Shown in pieces: positions 48,822 to 59,610 of a DNA stretch of 64,000 nt. The notes under the pieces were generated by a model. The model was given only the letters and a program-made list of their open reading frames with translations. It had not been told where the DNA came from and did not search any database. The stretch is from Catajapyx aquilonaris (taxonomy: Eukaryota): positions 1 to 64,000 of the forward strand of contig KZ538648.1 in NCBI GenBank assembly GCA_000934665.2. Reading direction: 5' to 3'. The translations under genes were made by a program, and so were the position numbers. The stretch's first letter is position 1; each line of letters starts with the position of its first letter.

Positions 48822-49851
48822 CTTGTGGACAGAGGAATAAGGGGATTAGTAGTATGAATTGACTGCAATAGATTTATTACTTTTTTGCAAGCATGGCAAT
48901 GGTTTGCCCATTTGTTTTTAAAGCTAAGACCTGACTGAAAAGGATGGGGTCGACTAGAGAATTAGGTTGCAATCTACCCTCTCTGTGGGTCCCCCCCGTC
49001 GAATTTGCGAATTTCCCTGGTAGTAGGAGAGTCCGGGGCGTGAGGCATCGTTTCCAGTCGACTGAGGGAGAGAAAAGAGGAGAGACCCGTACGTCCCGCT
49101 TCTTCTGGGCGCGATCCATCCCAAAGGCAGCCGAGCGAAGCCACCAGAGAAGGCAAAGTAGGCGAAGTAGTCGATGGGGGTTGAATTGGGTTGGGGGTGT
49201 GCGGAAGGGGGGGGGGGGGACAGAACCCAGAGAGAGAGAGAGAGAGTTTTCCCGACCCCCTCCTCTACTACCTTTTCCGGGAGACGCAACTTTGGCACGA
49301 GTTCAGCTCCAATTACTGTTTGTGCGCTGCCGGAGACAGATCTTTATTTCCGTTTGCCCGCTTTCACCAAACATGCAATCAGGCAGTTAAAGGTGTTTTC
49401 CACGGCGCCCACAGATCCTCATTCGTTTCCTTTTTTGGTCGGTAGGACGAAGGAGAGTGCTGCCTCTCTAGCGGCAGACCTCAAATGGAGTGTAAGCAGT
49501 GAGTAACCGCAGAAGAGGTTCTCTCCGTGTTGGTGCGGTTTTTCTCGAGGTTCCACCCCCCACATAAATCCATCCACAGCAATTCTGTACTTAGAATGGT
49601 TCTCTCCATGTTGGTTCAAGTTTTCTCGGGAGTTCTCTCGCAATCTGAGCTTAGATGTTTCGTGGCCATGTCCGATGATGTCATCACCAAATCCTTGATT
49701 AGTTCTGGCAGCATCATCGATTTCCAATTTGCAGATGGTCCTGCTTCCGCAGCGTTTAGTGATTGTCTGCTCCGATCTTTTCCTTCATCATCCATCATTC
49801 GGTCGACAGGAAACAACTACGCAACTTGTGCGACACATGTACGATCTGCTC

Positions 49852-49933
49852 NNNNNNNNNNNNNNNNNNNNNNNNNNNNNNNNNNNNNNNNNNNNNNNNN
49901 NNNNNNNNNNNNNNNNNNNNNNNNNNNNNNNNN
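49852..49933. other. Assembly gap (N run) adjoining poly-C
   Basis: Run of N. Confidence 1.
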
Positions 49934-50156
49934 CCCCCCCCCCCTCAAAAAAAATATATGGTTGGTCCGGGGATTCGCGAGAAAGAAAGGCTTTAAGCTC
50001 TTTTATGTAGGTTGGTGTCTCGTTACCCATCAAATGGCAGATTAAATTATGACCATGTTAAATAATGTGTTAATTTATCACCTCAATTCCCGTGACATAA
50101 CGATGCGGTTTTGTTAAATTATTTAGACACCTGCAATATGCGGTAAAGCCTTGTTT

Positions 50157-50309
50157 GTACTGTTCGCAAAAAGCCCGTGTGGTGTCCGCGACTTGTTGTT
50201 TATCCTAGGTGTTGCCAGGTGGCGCGATATTCCGGAAGCCACCTGGCGACGTCCAGGATAAACAAGAAGTCGCGGACACCACACCGACAATCTTTTAGCT
50301 GTGGTGTAC
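50157..50309. mobile_element. MITE family C, copy without the family B insertion
   Basis: GTGTGGTGTCCGCGACTTGTTGTTTATCCT...AGGATAAACAAGAAGTCGCGGACACCACAC palindrome matches 55824-55948. Termini are decayed (GTACTGTTCGCAAAAAG / GACAATCTTTT..GTAC). Confidence 0.8.
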
Positions 50310-53074
50310 TTTCTAACGTAATTAACATGCGGCGTGCAGGATACATTTTGATCTCGTTTCTCTTCCCTTTTTTTTTCATGCTGGCTGGCTCCCATCATCA
50401 TCCTTTGGGGCGATGCATCCGGAGGTCCGGAGATACTCCACTTTTCCAGCCGATTAATTAGGATTGAGGCCTCTCCCATCTCTTCCCCCCACCAGCTTCC
50501 AGCATCACCTAGCTCTCTCTCTCCCACCCCCTCTTTACACTGTTCCTTCCAGACGAACAGTCGCCAAGTGGAAGAAGGCTTGTTGCATTTAGATTGCTTG
50601 ATTTTCCACCCCCTTTTTTCCGTGCGGATGGTCCTCTACCTCACCTCGGACTACTCTTTGCTTCTGCTCATGTAGATTCTCCCATCTTCCTTATTTTTCC
50701 AGCACGTTTGTTCCTCGAGGATTTTTTTTGGTGGCACCGTTGCGTGATTTGTTGCATAAGTGAACGTGTAATGCACGTTGGAGTAAGAGTCTGAACCATG
50801 CCGAATTATTATCAGAGAGACAAAAGGATTGGTGGGTCTGACCCCCTGCAATGGAGGAATGACTTTGCCTTAGATTTACGGCCTCGAATTGCGGAGAAAT
50901 CGGTCCGAGAGAAGAACGTGAAATATTCCAATAGCTAAAGAGTCCCAGGGGACCGGGCAAAATATGGCGCGACATTTTTTTTACGGCCTCTTATCCTATA
51001 ATTTTGCTTCCTACCCATCCTCCCGGGGGGGTCTCTGCAGGAATGGACCAGATTTATGCGTTTCCTTTCGACTTGCTTTTGGGAATACCTCTGACTTTGT
51101 GAGCGGGGGAAAAATGTGTTGCTGCTTCTGTTTCTGTCGTTTGATGTCGTGATTCGAGTTACGACCGGTCAGCAAAAGGTCATTAAAAGTATCCTGCAGA
51201 AGTGAGAGCAGGTCACGACTACTTTGTTTGCAGGGGGTGCAGATGGTTCCTGTTTGCACCCACTTCTTCTTATAAACTGTTTGCCGTCTGATGCTGGCTG
51301 CTAGGGGAAGGGTGTTTGCCCGGATGAGGATTACTGGTGTTTGCCAACAAGTCCGGAACCGCTTTTCTTCTCTCCTGGGGAAGAGGAACGTGGGTTGGGT
51401 CCGCAAAAAGATTGGTGAATCATCCAGTCCCCCGGATCATCAAGTGTCCACTGAGGGTTGGAACCCGATGAAGAGGCCTCGAGGACAGACAACCCGCATC
51501 GACTGATAGTGGGCAGTGGGCAGTCGGCACAAAAGGGTGGTAGGCTACGCGTCCCTCGAGCAAACATCCCAAAGATCTGGTCCTATTCAGCAACACACTC
51601 ACTTTGAACTTTCCCCAACCATCCATCCATCCACAGTCCGCTTCAAGGGACACACCAACTCTCAATTAGCGGCCACTTCGGACCCTTATTGACTACTTCC
51701 AACAATCGGGTCGGAAGTAACAGCAAGAGGGTCGCTGGGGGAGATGCTGAAGAGGGAAATTTTTTGGGGTAATAATTTTAGTGCAACTAATTGGCATGTT
51801 CGCAATATTCAGCCCCCCGGTATCATTATTTTGGCATCACACAAAAAAAATTGTTACGCCAATCATCTCCTGCTCTGCTTTTTCCACTTTGTCCGATGCC
51901 TAGCATGGGAACCATCCAGCCAAGAGTGGCCATTTTGTTGCAAAACAGCCCGCAATTTGTCCTCTCCTGGTTTTTTTCTCTCTATATATGAAACACACAC
52001 AAAAATACACTACCGTCCCCTCCCCATAGCAAATTATTTCAGCTGAAAGAGCAGTTCTTTGAGCCGGGTTGATCAGCAGCTCCAAACATCCAGTGTATCT
52101 AGACTCGTTAGACTGAAAAGGAGAGGCTGTGAAAAGAGGATAAAAAACGCACACATATTGCCAAAACGCGCGTTACGCACCCAATGGCCTACCCAAAGAT
52201 TACTTTGGTACATATATATATTTTTTGAATAGGCTCGAACAGCATCAAACTTTGAATAGAGGGGGGGTGACCTCCGCTTCATTGGCAACCGGTTGAAGCA
52301 AGCGGATTAAATCCTGAGCCTCATCGACTGTGGCAAATTGACAATTGGGCTTCACTTTGCCTCGCTAAATCTCGATGAATGGGGTACCCTGCATGAATCC
52401 ATTTTGAGGCGCCATAAAACGTGCACGTGGTATGTGTGTGTATGGTTAATGGGCACTTTTTGAGGCCTCATCCAATAGGAAAAAGAGATGACCATGTTGG
52501 GTTTGCTACTACTGTAGTAGTACTAAGCTGGAGAGAGTTGGCGTCCCCCAACTACTCACGTCAGGAAATGGAAAGCAGTTGTTGGCGTCACTTTAGCTGC
52601 GGCCATCACGACTTTGACAGAGACAACTTGGTGTGTGCGACTGTTGAATATTAAATGCCTGGGAGTAGAGAACGGACTGCTGTCGGGACACACTCTCTCT
52701 CCTCTCTCTCTAGGGGAGGGCCAAAAGGGGTTGGAGGAAATGGGAGGGGATGGTGTTGGCCAGTTAGGCCAACTAACTGGGTTGATGAGGCTTATTTCCT
52801 CCACTTGATGACTCCCAGAAATTGTGGTCGCTCACTTGCGGTTTTGTTTTCACGTTTTTCGGGGAGGCCAGACTGTTTATAAATTCGGTCCGCATCAATG
52901 TAAAGTATACTGTGTATGCAGGACCTAAGCACATGTCATTCGGGGGCTTACAGCGGTAATAATAAATGACACTGTACTGTAATTAGTGGGAAATAGGTCA
53001 TACCATTTTTGTTTGGAGGGACAAGCTGTAGCTCTGGACGTACCGGTTGAGCAGGTAGAACAGTCTTATAAATA

Positions 53075-53409
53075 CAGTCAATTGGGGTGAGATTGTGCCA
53101 GGTGGGGTGAGATTGTGCCAGGTGGGGTGAGATTGGGCCAGGTGGGGTGAGATTGGGACAGGTGGGGTGAGATTGTGCCAAATGGGATGAGATTGGGCCA
53201 AATGGGATGAGATTGGGCCAGGTGGGGTGAGATTGTACCAGGTGGTGAGATTGTGCCAGCGCATTTTTGGACAACAGTATGCCCTGCTGGCAGCAAGCGA
53301 ATTTAGGCATGTTTCACTACAAGGTGATCAAGGGTTGGCAATGACGAGTAAAATTCGCGGTAGTTGTCCCCCCAAAAGAGTGCTGGCACAATCTCACCCC
53401 AATTGACTG
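53075..53409. mobile_element. TA-flanked MITE (pogo-like CAGT terminus) with a 20-bp tandem array expanded from its left TIR
   Basis: TA|CAGTCAATTGGGGTGAGATTGTGCCAG ... CTGGCACAATCTCACCCCAATTGACTG|TA. About 9 copies of GGTGGGGTGAGATTG(T/G)GCCA at 53081-53258. Confidence 0.9.
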
Positions 53410-54111
53410 TATATAATTTGAAATTATACTTGGGGGGTTTATCCTGGAGGCATTTCAATAAGCGAGTCGGAGCTCCTGAAATTATTATTCTGGATTTCAG
53501 CTGAGTGGAATCAACGTGACGGACACCAATCCCAAGATAGCAGTGTCTCTAAACGGAAGCAGCTTTCAAAATTCCTCCCTCCAACCCCCTGCTATACTAC
53601 TCAAATTGTGATTGACGCTCCGGAGTATTACGCCCCGGATTGGGGAATATGAAGAAAAGCAGATGCACGGGCCTCTCTTTTCATAATATACCTACGTCAT
53701 GTATGCCATCCCGGTTTTGCAAATTCCACACTCCACTTTTGCAGGATATAAGCGACGTGGCTGGGCCTCTTATTTCCTTTTTCGGCAAAAGCAGCAGCAG
53801 CGGCTCTCTCCGACGGTAGGGTATAGTATTTGCATGGAGCCAGGCACAAGACCGGATTTACGCCAATTGAAGATTTGCATTCCGGAGATGCATGATTTAT
53901 TATGATCCGGTTCCCACACAAGGCACCGGAATCAAATAATTGGATTGCCTTGTATTCATTCAGGATTCCAGGAGACGGGTAATTAGGGATTGCGCGCTTC
54001 CTCGTTTGCCACCGAGACAAGAGGAGAGAAGGAGGAGAAGAGAGACACCGGTTTGGGAGATGAGATATAGTCTCTACAGGGTGGTGCACCGCTCAAGTCT
54101 CCAACACCACA

Positions 54112-54275
54112 ATATAGATGGAGCACCCACCCTCTATGTGCAGTGCTGCCACTCCAGATGTGCGAGGGGTAGTGGGTACTACATGCACCTTATCTGAGCC
54201 AAGATGATGACTTACCCCGGACAATTGCTGGCAAGTACTTGATGAGTGACCCACCCTGTTGCCACACAGAGGAGG
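54112..54275 (-). mobile_element. Helitron family E-related degenerate copy
   Basis: ATAGATGGAGCA..CCTCT..TGCTGCCAC..GATGACTTACCCCGGACAA..ACAGAGGA is the reverse complement of the 12333/63301 type. Confidence 0.55.
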
Positions 54276-55425
54276 AAAAACCATGTCCTAGTTCTACTAG
54301 TGTCTATATATGGAAAGGACGGGTTGTCCTTCATCATTTGACTGCATCGCGAATCTTTTTGACAAGACGTTAATGAAGAGGTACCCACCGAGGATATATG
54401 AAGCTCATGACTTTTCATGAGGAGGGAAGGGACGGGGAGGGGTGGAGGAAAGGTGCATTTTAATCAGAGCCTCTAGAGAACGAGACGTGATTTTATGCGC
54501 ATCAAGCGAATAGACTATTACTACTGCGTATCCTGGCAAAATATTCGCAAAATTCGGGTCAGGTCCAGGAACTGGTTGCGGTTATTTGGTACGACTATAT
54601 TCTTACCAAAAACGAGTGTCCATTGTTGCCTTAACGACCTTAAGGAAGCAATTTCTGAAAGAATGCTCAACAACCCTGGGAGGTAAAGTAAGTTCATCTG
54701 TTCCGCGTCCAATTAAGATGACCGCTTGGGACGGCGAGAATGGGACAACATCAGGTGAAGACTAGAGGTCATCACCAGCACCCCCTCCCACAAAATGGTT
54801 ATTTCGAGGGTGGGGGTGTTGGAAATATGATCCTCTTAAGACGATGCCCACCTTGAGAGGCTTGCTGCTGCCCGGACTCTAATTCTCTGCTAATTTGGGA
54901 GCCGACACAAACTGAGTTAATCTCTGCCATTTTGCAGCTTAATGGACTACTTAACCAGGGAGCGGGTCGCATGCAGTATTCAGGTGGGGGGGAGGAAGGC
55001 TGGGAAGGGAGGGAAGGTACTGCCAACTTCAGAACAGTCGGGGTAAACCTTAAGCCGAGGCCGCGAATAAACAGATCCGCGGTTGGAAACAGGTTTATGA
55101 GAGCAATTGAATTACACGGACAATATGATGAAGGGAAACTGTTTTTGCCCCCCTCTCCAACTTCTCTCACCCCTCCACCATATCCAAGGCTCTTGTCCCA
55201 CCCTCTCAGGCGATGTTACATTTCATTACCATAAACGCTGCCCGCTTGTACTGGATCTGCTTCTGATGAGTTTATGTGCCCCGTTTCCAGCATCCAGTTA
55301 TGGTCCTTTTGCCCAGGTGCTATTCAGGTTTTAGTGTGACGGTTTCCAACTGTAGTTAATGGTCAGCCGTAACTGTGGACGTCCTTGCAATGGTTACCGG
55401 TTGAGCAGGTAGAGCAGTTTGTGTA

Positions 55426-55948
55426 CTATAACACGCAAAAAGATTGTCGCACTGTATCCGTGTCAGGGAGCATAATTATACTACGTATAAGAGGCGCAAA
55501 CTTCTGTCGGCGCCATTGATGTCCGCGTCTCTCTGTTTGGGGCCGTTTCCAAGGCTGGCGGCCATTTTGAACGCCAACGAGATATAAATAGGGTACAGGC
55601 AAAAGTAGGGTCCGCCATATTTGATGGTTTTGGCGGCCATGGCAACTATACATGGCAAGAACACGCACGAATCAAAGATGGCGGACCCTATTTTTGCCTG
55701 TACCCTATTTACACCTCGTTGGCGTTGCCCGCACTTCAAAATGGCCGCCAGCCTTGGTAACGCCCCAAACAGAGAGACGCGGAAATCGAATGTTTGCGCC
55801 TCTCATGTAGTATATGCTCCCTGTCCGTGTGGTGTCGGCGACTTTGTTGCCAGGTGACGCGATGAAAGCCACCTGGTAGCGCCCAGGATAAACAACAAGT
55901 CGCGGACACCACACGGATACAGTGAGACAATCTTTTTGCGTGTTATAG
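55426..55948. mobile_element. MITE family C (TA TSD) with family B nested in its left TIR
   Basis: TA|CTATAACACGCAAAAAGATTGTCGCACTGTATCCGTGT ... ACACGGATACAGTGAGACAATCTTTTTGCGTGTTATAG|TA. Confidence 0.9.
55464..55823. mobile_element. MITE family B, complete 360-bp fold-back element with a 7-bp TSD (P-element-like)
   Basis: CAGGGAGCATA...TATGCTCCCTG, TSD TCCGTGT at 55457-55463 and 55824-55830, long imperfect inverted arms. The superfamily is inferred from the CA(G/T)GG termini and the 7-bp TSD. Confidence 0.88.
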
Positions 55949-57524
55949 TACTTATACCAGTTGAGCTTGTGTCACGTTGCGTTGGATTAATTTTTCACTC
56001 CTGCCCCTGCCAGGTTCAATCCTCGACTTCATTCTCTCTCCCCATGCATTGTTAACGACGCATACTAAATTGGCGTCCGCAAATTTGTGACGTAATTTTA
56101 TCCACCTCCTACTCTAGGGTTAGGCTTTTAGAGGGACTCCGACCCCCAATTTTTTATTATTAAAAAGGAGGTAACGTTGTTGGTGACACCAACAATGGCG
56201 GTCCAATGTGTCATCCGGACTGTGTTTCATGCTCCAGATGATATTTTAACCTCCAAAACCGCAGCAAGCAGATACAATCGTGGTTTGTGCGGCAGAAGGG
56301 CTGAGGCCTAATAAATGAGGGACGGAGGTGAGGCTCATTGTTGCGGAAAACAATTGGAGAGGGAGAGTAGATAGAGGGTCTGACCCAGCACTTGCGGTCC
56401 TGTAGGTTGCGCAGGAAATTAAAAAAGAAGTGCCACATGTTGACGGAAAATTTGCGGGTGTTGCTCGTTGTTGCGGAGTCGCTGGACTGAAAAGTGTGTA
56501 GTGTGGTCACATGGAGAGGTGGGGAGCATGCATTATGTATTACGCTGTGGGAGAGAGAGAGAGAGACGGAGGGGGGTGGAATTTACACGCATAAACTGCA
56601 CACAGCCCCATCAAGTTAAGTTAGTTACATCGCGGGCACAGTTTCCGGCTTTTCTTCCGAGTGAGCCGACGCATCCGGTGCGTTGTTGTCAGTAACTATC
56701 ACAGCATAACGCGCAGCACTCCCCCGGAATGTACTGGTCATGCTAAACATGGCTGGTGCTCCATTTTAGCATAAAACAACACAGGTTCCAATGCTGCTGG
56801 TGCGGTCCAGTCTAACATTGAACAGCAGAGGACGGATCCTAGACGATCAAAACCCTGCTGGGCACAGGTCCAAAATCCATCTTATACAAGGGAGGTGTAC
56901 AGGGTGCTCGAAAGTGCTGTAGATGTATAACGAAGGTTGGAGAGTCTATGAGATATTGAAAGGAGACCCTGGAGCAAGAATCCGGCCAGATCGTTTTATA
57001 TGCAAAGTGATAGGAGAGAGAGAAAAAAAACAACCAAAATTCTAAAGATGTGTATAGTTTTTTCGGAAAGCGAATATTTTTGTTGTGAGGGAAGACAGGC
57101 CGAAAATTGACTTTTTGCTTGTTTTTTTTTGGGGGGGGGGGGTCGAAAAAAATGGAGTGAAAACCTAATAAAAGATTCAAAAGCAGCTGTGAAGAGTTTC
57201 TGGTGGAGGCGNCCCCCCAAAAAAAAATGATGTGACCTTCCCTCCCTCAAAAAAATATTGTGAAATCGCAAGTTTGCATTTTGAGTCACGTTCCCATCCG
57301 GCCACGTCTGGGCATCCACGCTCTGGCTTTTGTGACTTGCAAAACGCAATTTCCCAAGCCGTATCAAAACTTTACTGCCAAATCTTCGTCAACGACGTCG
57401 CGCCAAATTGTAGAGTGATGGCCCGGTTTACACCCAAGTACCTTCAGCTGTTCTTAAACGTCATTATCGGTGTAACCAATTTGTGTACTGCAGGAAAATG
57501 TAAGCGCATTCCTTGGCTAGGTAG

Positions 57525-58200
57525 ACTCTGTCTGTCCGCGCCGACTCATCACCAACGTGCTTGTAGTACCACTTTACCCCTGAGGATGGCAGCAGCGTGC
57601 TGAAAGCGTCATTATCGGTTATGGCAGGGAAAATAATTATAGGAGTAAGTAAATAAATAAACAAAGGAAAATATCATATACTTCGCCCGCTTTTTTCCAG
57701 GCCTGCGTCCTGCGGTGTAGACCTTTGTCCTCGGTGGATGTGTAGTACTGCTTTCATCCTGTGAGAGGCAGTAGTGTGCAGAGAGGATGCGCTCCATCTG
57801 TTAGTGGCGCATTGATTTTTTTAAATGAGCTTAACCGAGATGTAGACCTTTGTCCTCGGTGGATGTATAGTACTGCTTTCATCCTGTGAGAGGCAGTAGT
57901 GTGCAGAGAGGATGCGCTCCATCTGTTAGTGGCGCATCGCCCTGTAGATTGATTTTAATGAGCTCAACCGAGTGCGCAACACAGTTCGCGCAAATTGTTT
58001 CCAACACTAAGCTTGAGGGGGTAACAATATGGCCGACTTTTGCGATGTTGTCGAGGCTCTGGGACGAACCTTAGAACGTTGTTGTCAGAACAATGGGCTT
58101 GCGCGAATGTGGGTGCGCACTTGGTTGAGCTCGTAAAAAATTCATCTATACCGCCCAAGTTGGGAGCAGGCCGGGCAGTGTTGCCAAGTTTTGTCAACTG
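57525..58200 (+). mobile_element. Fragmented Helitron family E region with a 125-bp tandem duplication and a nested A2 MITE
   Basis: GACTCATCACCAACGTGC at about 57543. Duplicated TGTAGACCTTTGTCCTCGG... at 57716 and 57841. The E 3' part CCAAGTTGGGAGCAGGCCGGGCAGTGTTGCCAAG resumes after 58148. Confidence 0.7.
57947..58146 (+). mobile_element. MITE family A2, complete, TA-flanked
   Basis: TA|GATTGATTTTAATGAGCTCAACCGAGTGCGCAAC ... GTGCGCACTTGGTTGAGCTCGTAAAAAATTCATC|TA. Confidence 0.9.
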
Positions 58201-59394
58201 GCTCACGCTCGTATGAAATTGTCGTGATATTGTCGGAAATCACTTGTAACCCCACGGAATTACCTCGATCCCCCGAACACTTCCTGGTCCTCGAAAGCCA
58301 CGCCATTAGCGACAGTTGTTGACCAATCACCTGGCTCTAACCTTCCGAAAAGAAAATCCCGGAAATGAAATCACGTCCAACTCATTGGCCGGAGCGCAAT
58401 CAACACTCTAGTGATGCCGAACCAGACAAGGCAGCAGAACATCTATAGGTCTCCTGCCCTCTGCAAGAAAATTCCAACACCGCGGAAATTCCCTCGACTT
58501 GTGTGTTGCCTTTGGCAGCGACTTTTACAATGTTATTGGCAAGAGGAAAGGGGGGTGTGTGGTGGTGTGGAGGGTGGATTGATTGATGAGTTTAATTTCT
58601 TTGGACCGGGGGGGAGAAAAGGGGAGGAAGATTTGGACGCTCTCTGAACCCCCCCTCCCTTCTTCTTGCCTTACAACCAACATTTCCGCCCCCAAAATCC
58701 TGCTTTTCTGGTCTGCGAGGTATGGCGCCCTATAGCCTCCACCAGCAGCCAGCCAAGGCAATGGGCTGTTTAATTGGAAATCACCCCCTTCTCCTACCCC
58801 TTACCTCCCCATGGAAGTCCCCCCCCCCCCCACAAAAAAAAGAAAGTTTGACACTGGCTTGGAGGGGTTGAAATTATTTCGCGCGGGTTCCAAATGTACG
58901 ACGACAGGGGCCGACTTTAGGGGTTGGCCCCCAAAATGACAAGCGCAACTTAGGAAATTACCCGAAATCCCCGTCAAGGTTCGGGACCATTTGGAAAGGG
59001 TGGAGGGGGGGGGGGGAAGGCAATCACATGCACTTGATGAGCGTGTCGGATCACGATTAGTTGCTACCTTTTCTAATTAGCAAGGGTTGCAAATTTATGC
59101 CACGAATTTGAACTGCGAATAAATTTGCCTGGCCAAAAGAATGGGAAAAAACTTCATGCAGATAAATAAACAGTGGTGTCTAACACGTGCCGCAATTATA
59201 TATTTTAATGTCATTATGTATTAATTGCACATTTGCGTATGTAAAGCTGAGATGCGGCAACATATATGGACGTAAAAAAGTTTCAAGATTGTACCTGATT
59301 GTATACCATCAGTTTTTGCTCATTTTGCAACCAGTTTTTCCTAGTGTTCTTGTCTTCAGTAATCTGTGGGACCGGAAGTATGTGTTTTTACTGT

Positions 59395-59610
59395 AACTGT
59401 GGGGACTACTGTCCCCCACAATTTCTCTTGTGGGGACATTTTGGGTCCCCACATCTTTACACACTAGAACGGTACAGTTATAGTGGGGACATGTCCCCAC
59501 AATTTCGATTTGCATGGTTTCACAAAAAGTCAATTTCTCTCAGCCTAGGTAAGGGTAGGTAATGGTAGGTTAGGTTAGGTTAGGTTAGGTTAGGTTACAC
59601 TTGGTTACAC
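59395..59610. repeat. Cluster of short TGTGGGGAC/GTCCCCACA palindromes followed by (TTAGG)n; probable TE end
   Basis: Three GTGGGGAC..GTCCCCAC hairpins at about 59398-59503. GGTTAGGTTAGG run at about 59568-59597. Confidence 0.65.

Larger units (their letters stand above)
48276..48857 (-). mobile_element. Non-autonomous Helitron family E, near full length, containing (GTA)n and a nested MULE-like MITE
   Basis: A-CTAG-TAGCG..TTGCCAAATTTTGGC at the left end; collinear with 32493-32829; right end GGACAGAGGAATAAGGGGATTAGTAGTATGA. Confidence 0.8.

Noticed and set aside
48224..48920. CCATTTGTTTTTAA on both sides of the Helitron E copy as a TSD
   Set aside because: The copies lie 40-50 bp away from the element ends, and Helitrons do not make TSDs.
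49616..49816. Protein-like 66-aa ORF beside the gap as a possible exon
   Set aside because: No recognisable homology and no splice structure I can support.
53081..53258. CRISPR-like regular repeats (also 31220-31440 and 28219-28340)
   Set aside because: No unique spacers, no cas genes, and a eukaryotic context. These are contiguous tandem repeats.
52948..53310. Repetitive ORFs (AQSHPTW/PISPHL)
   Set aside because: Products of the 20-bp array inside a MITE.
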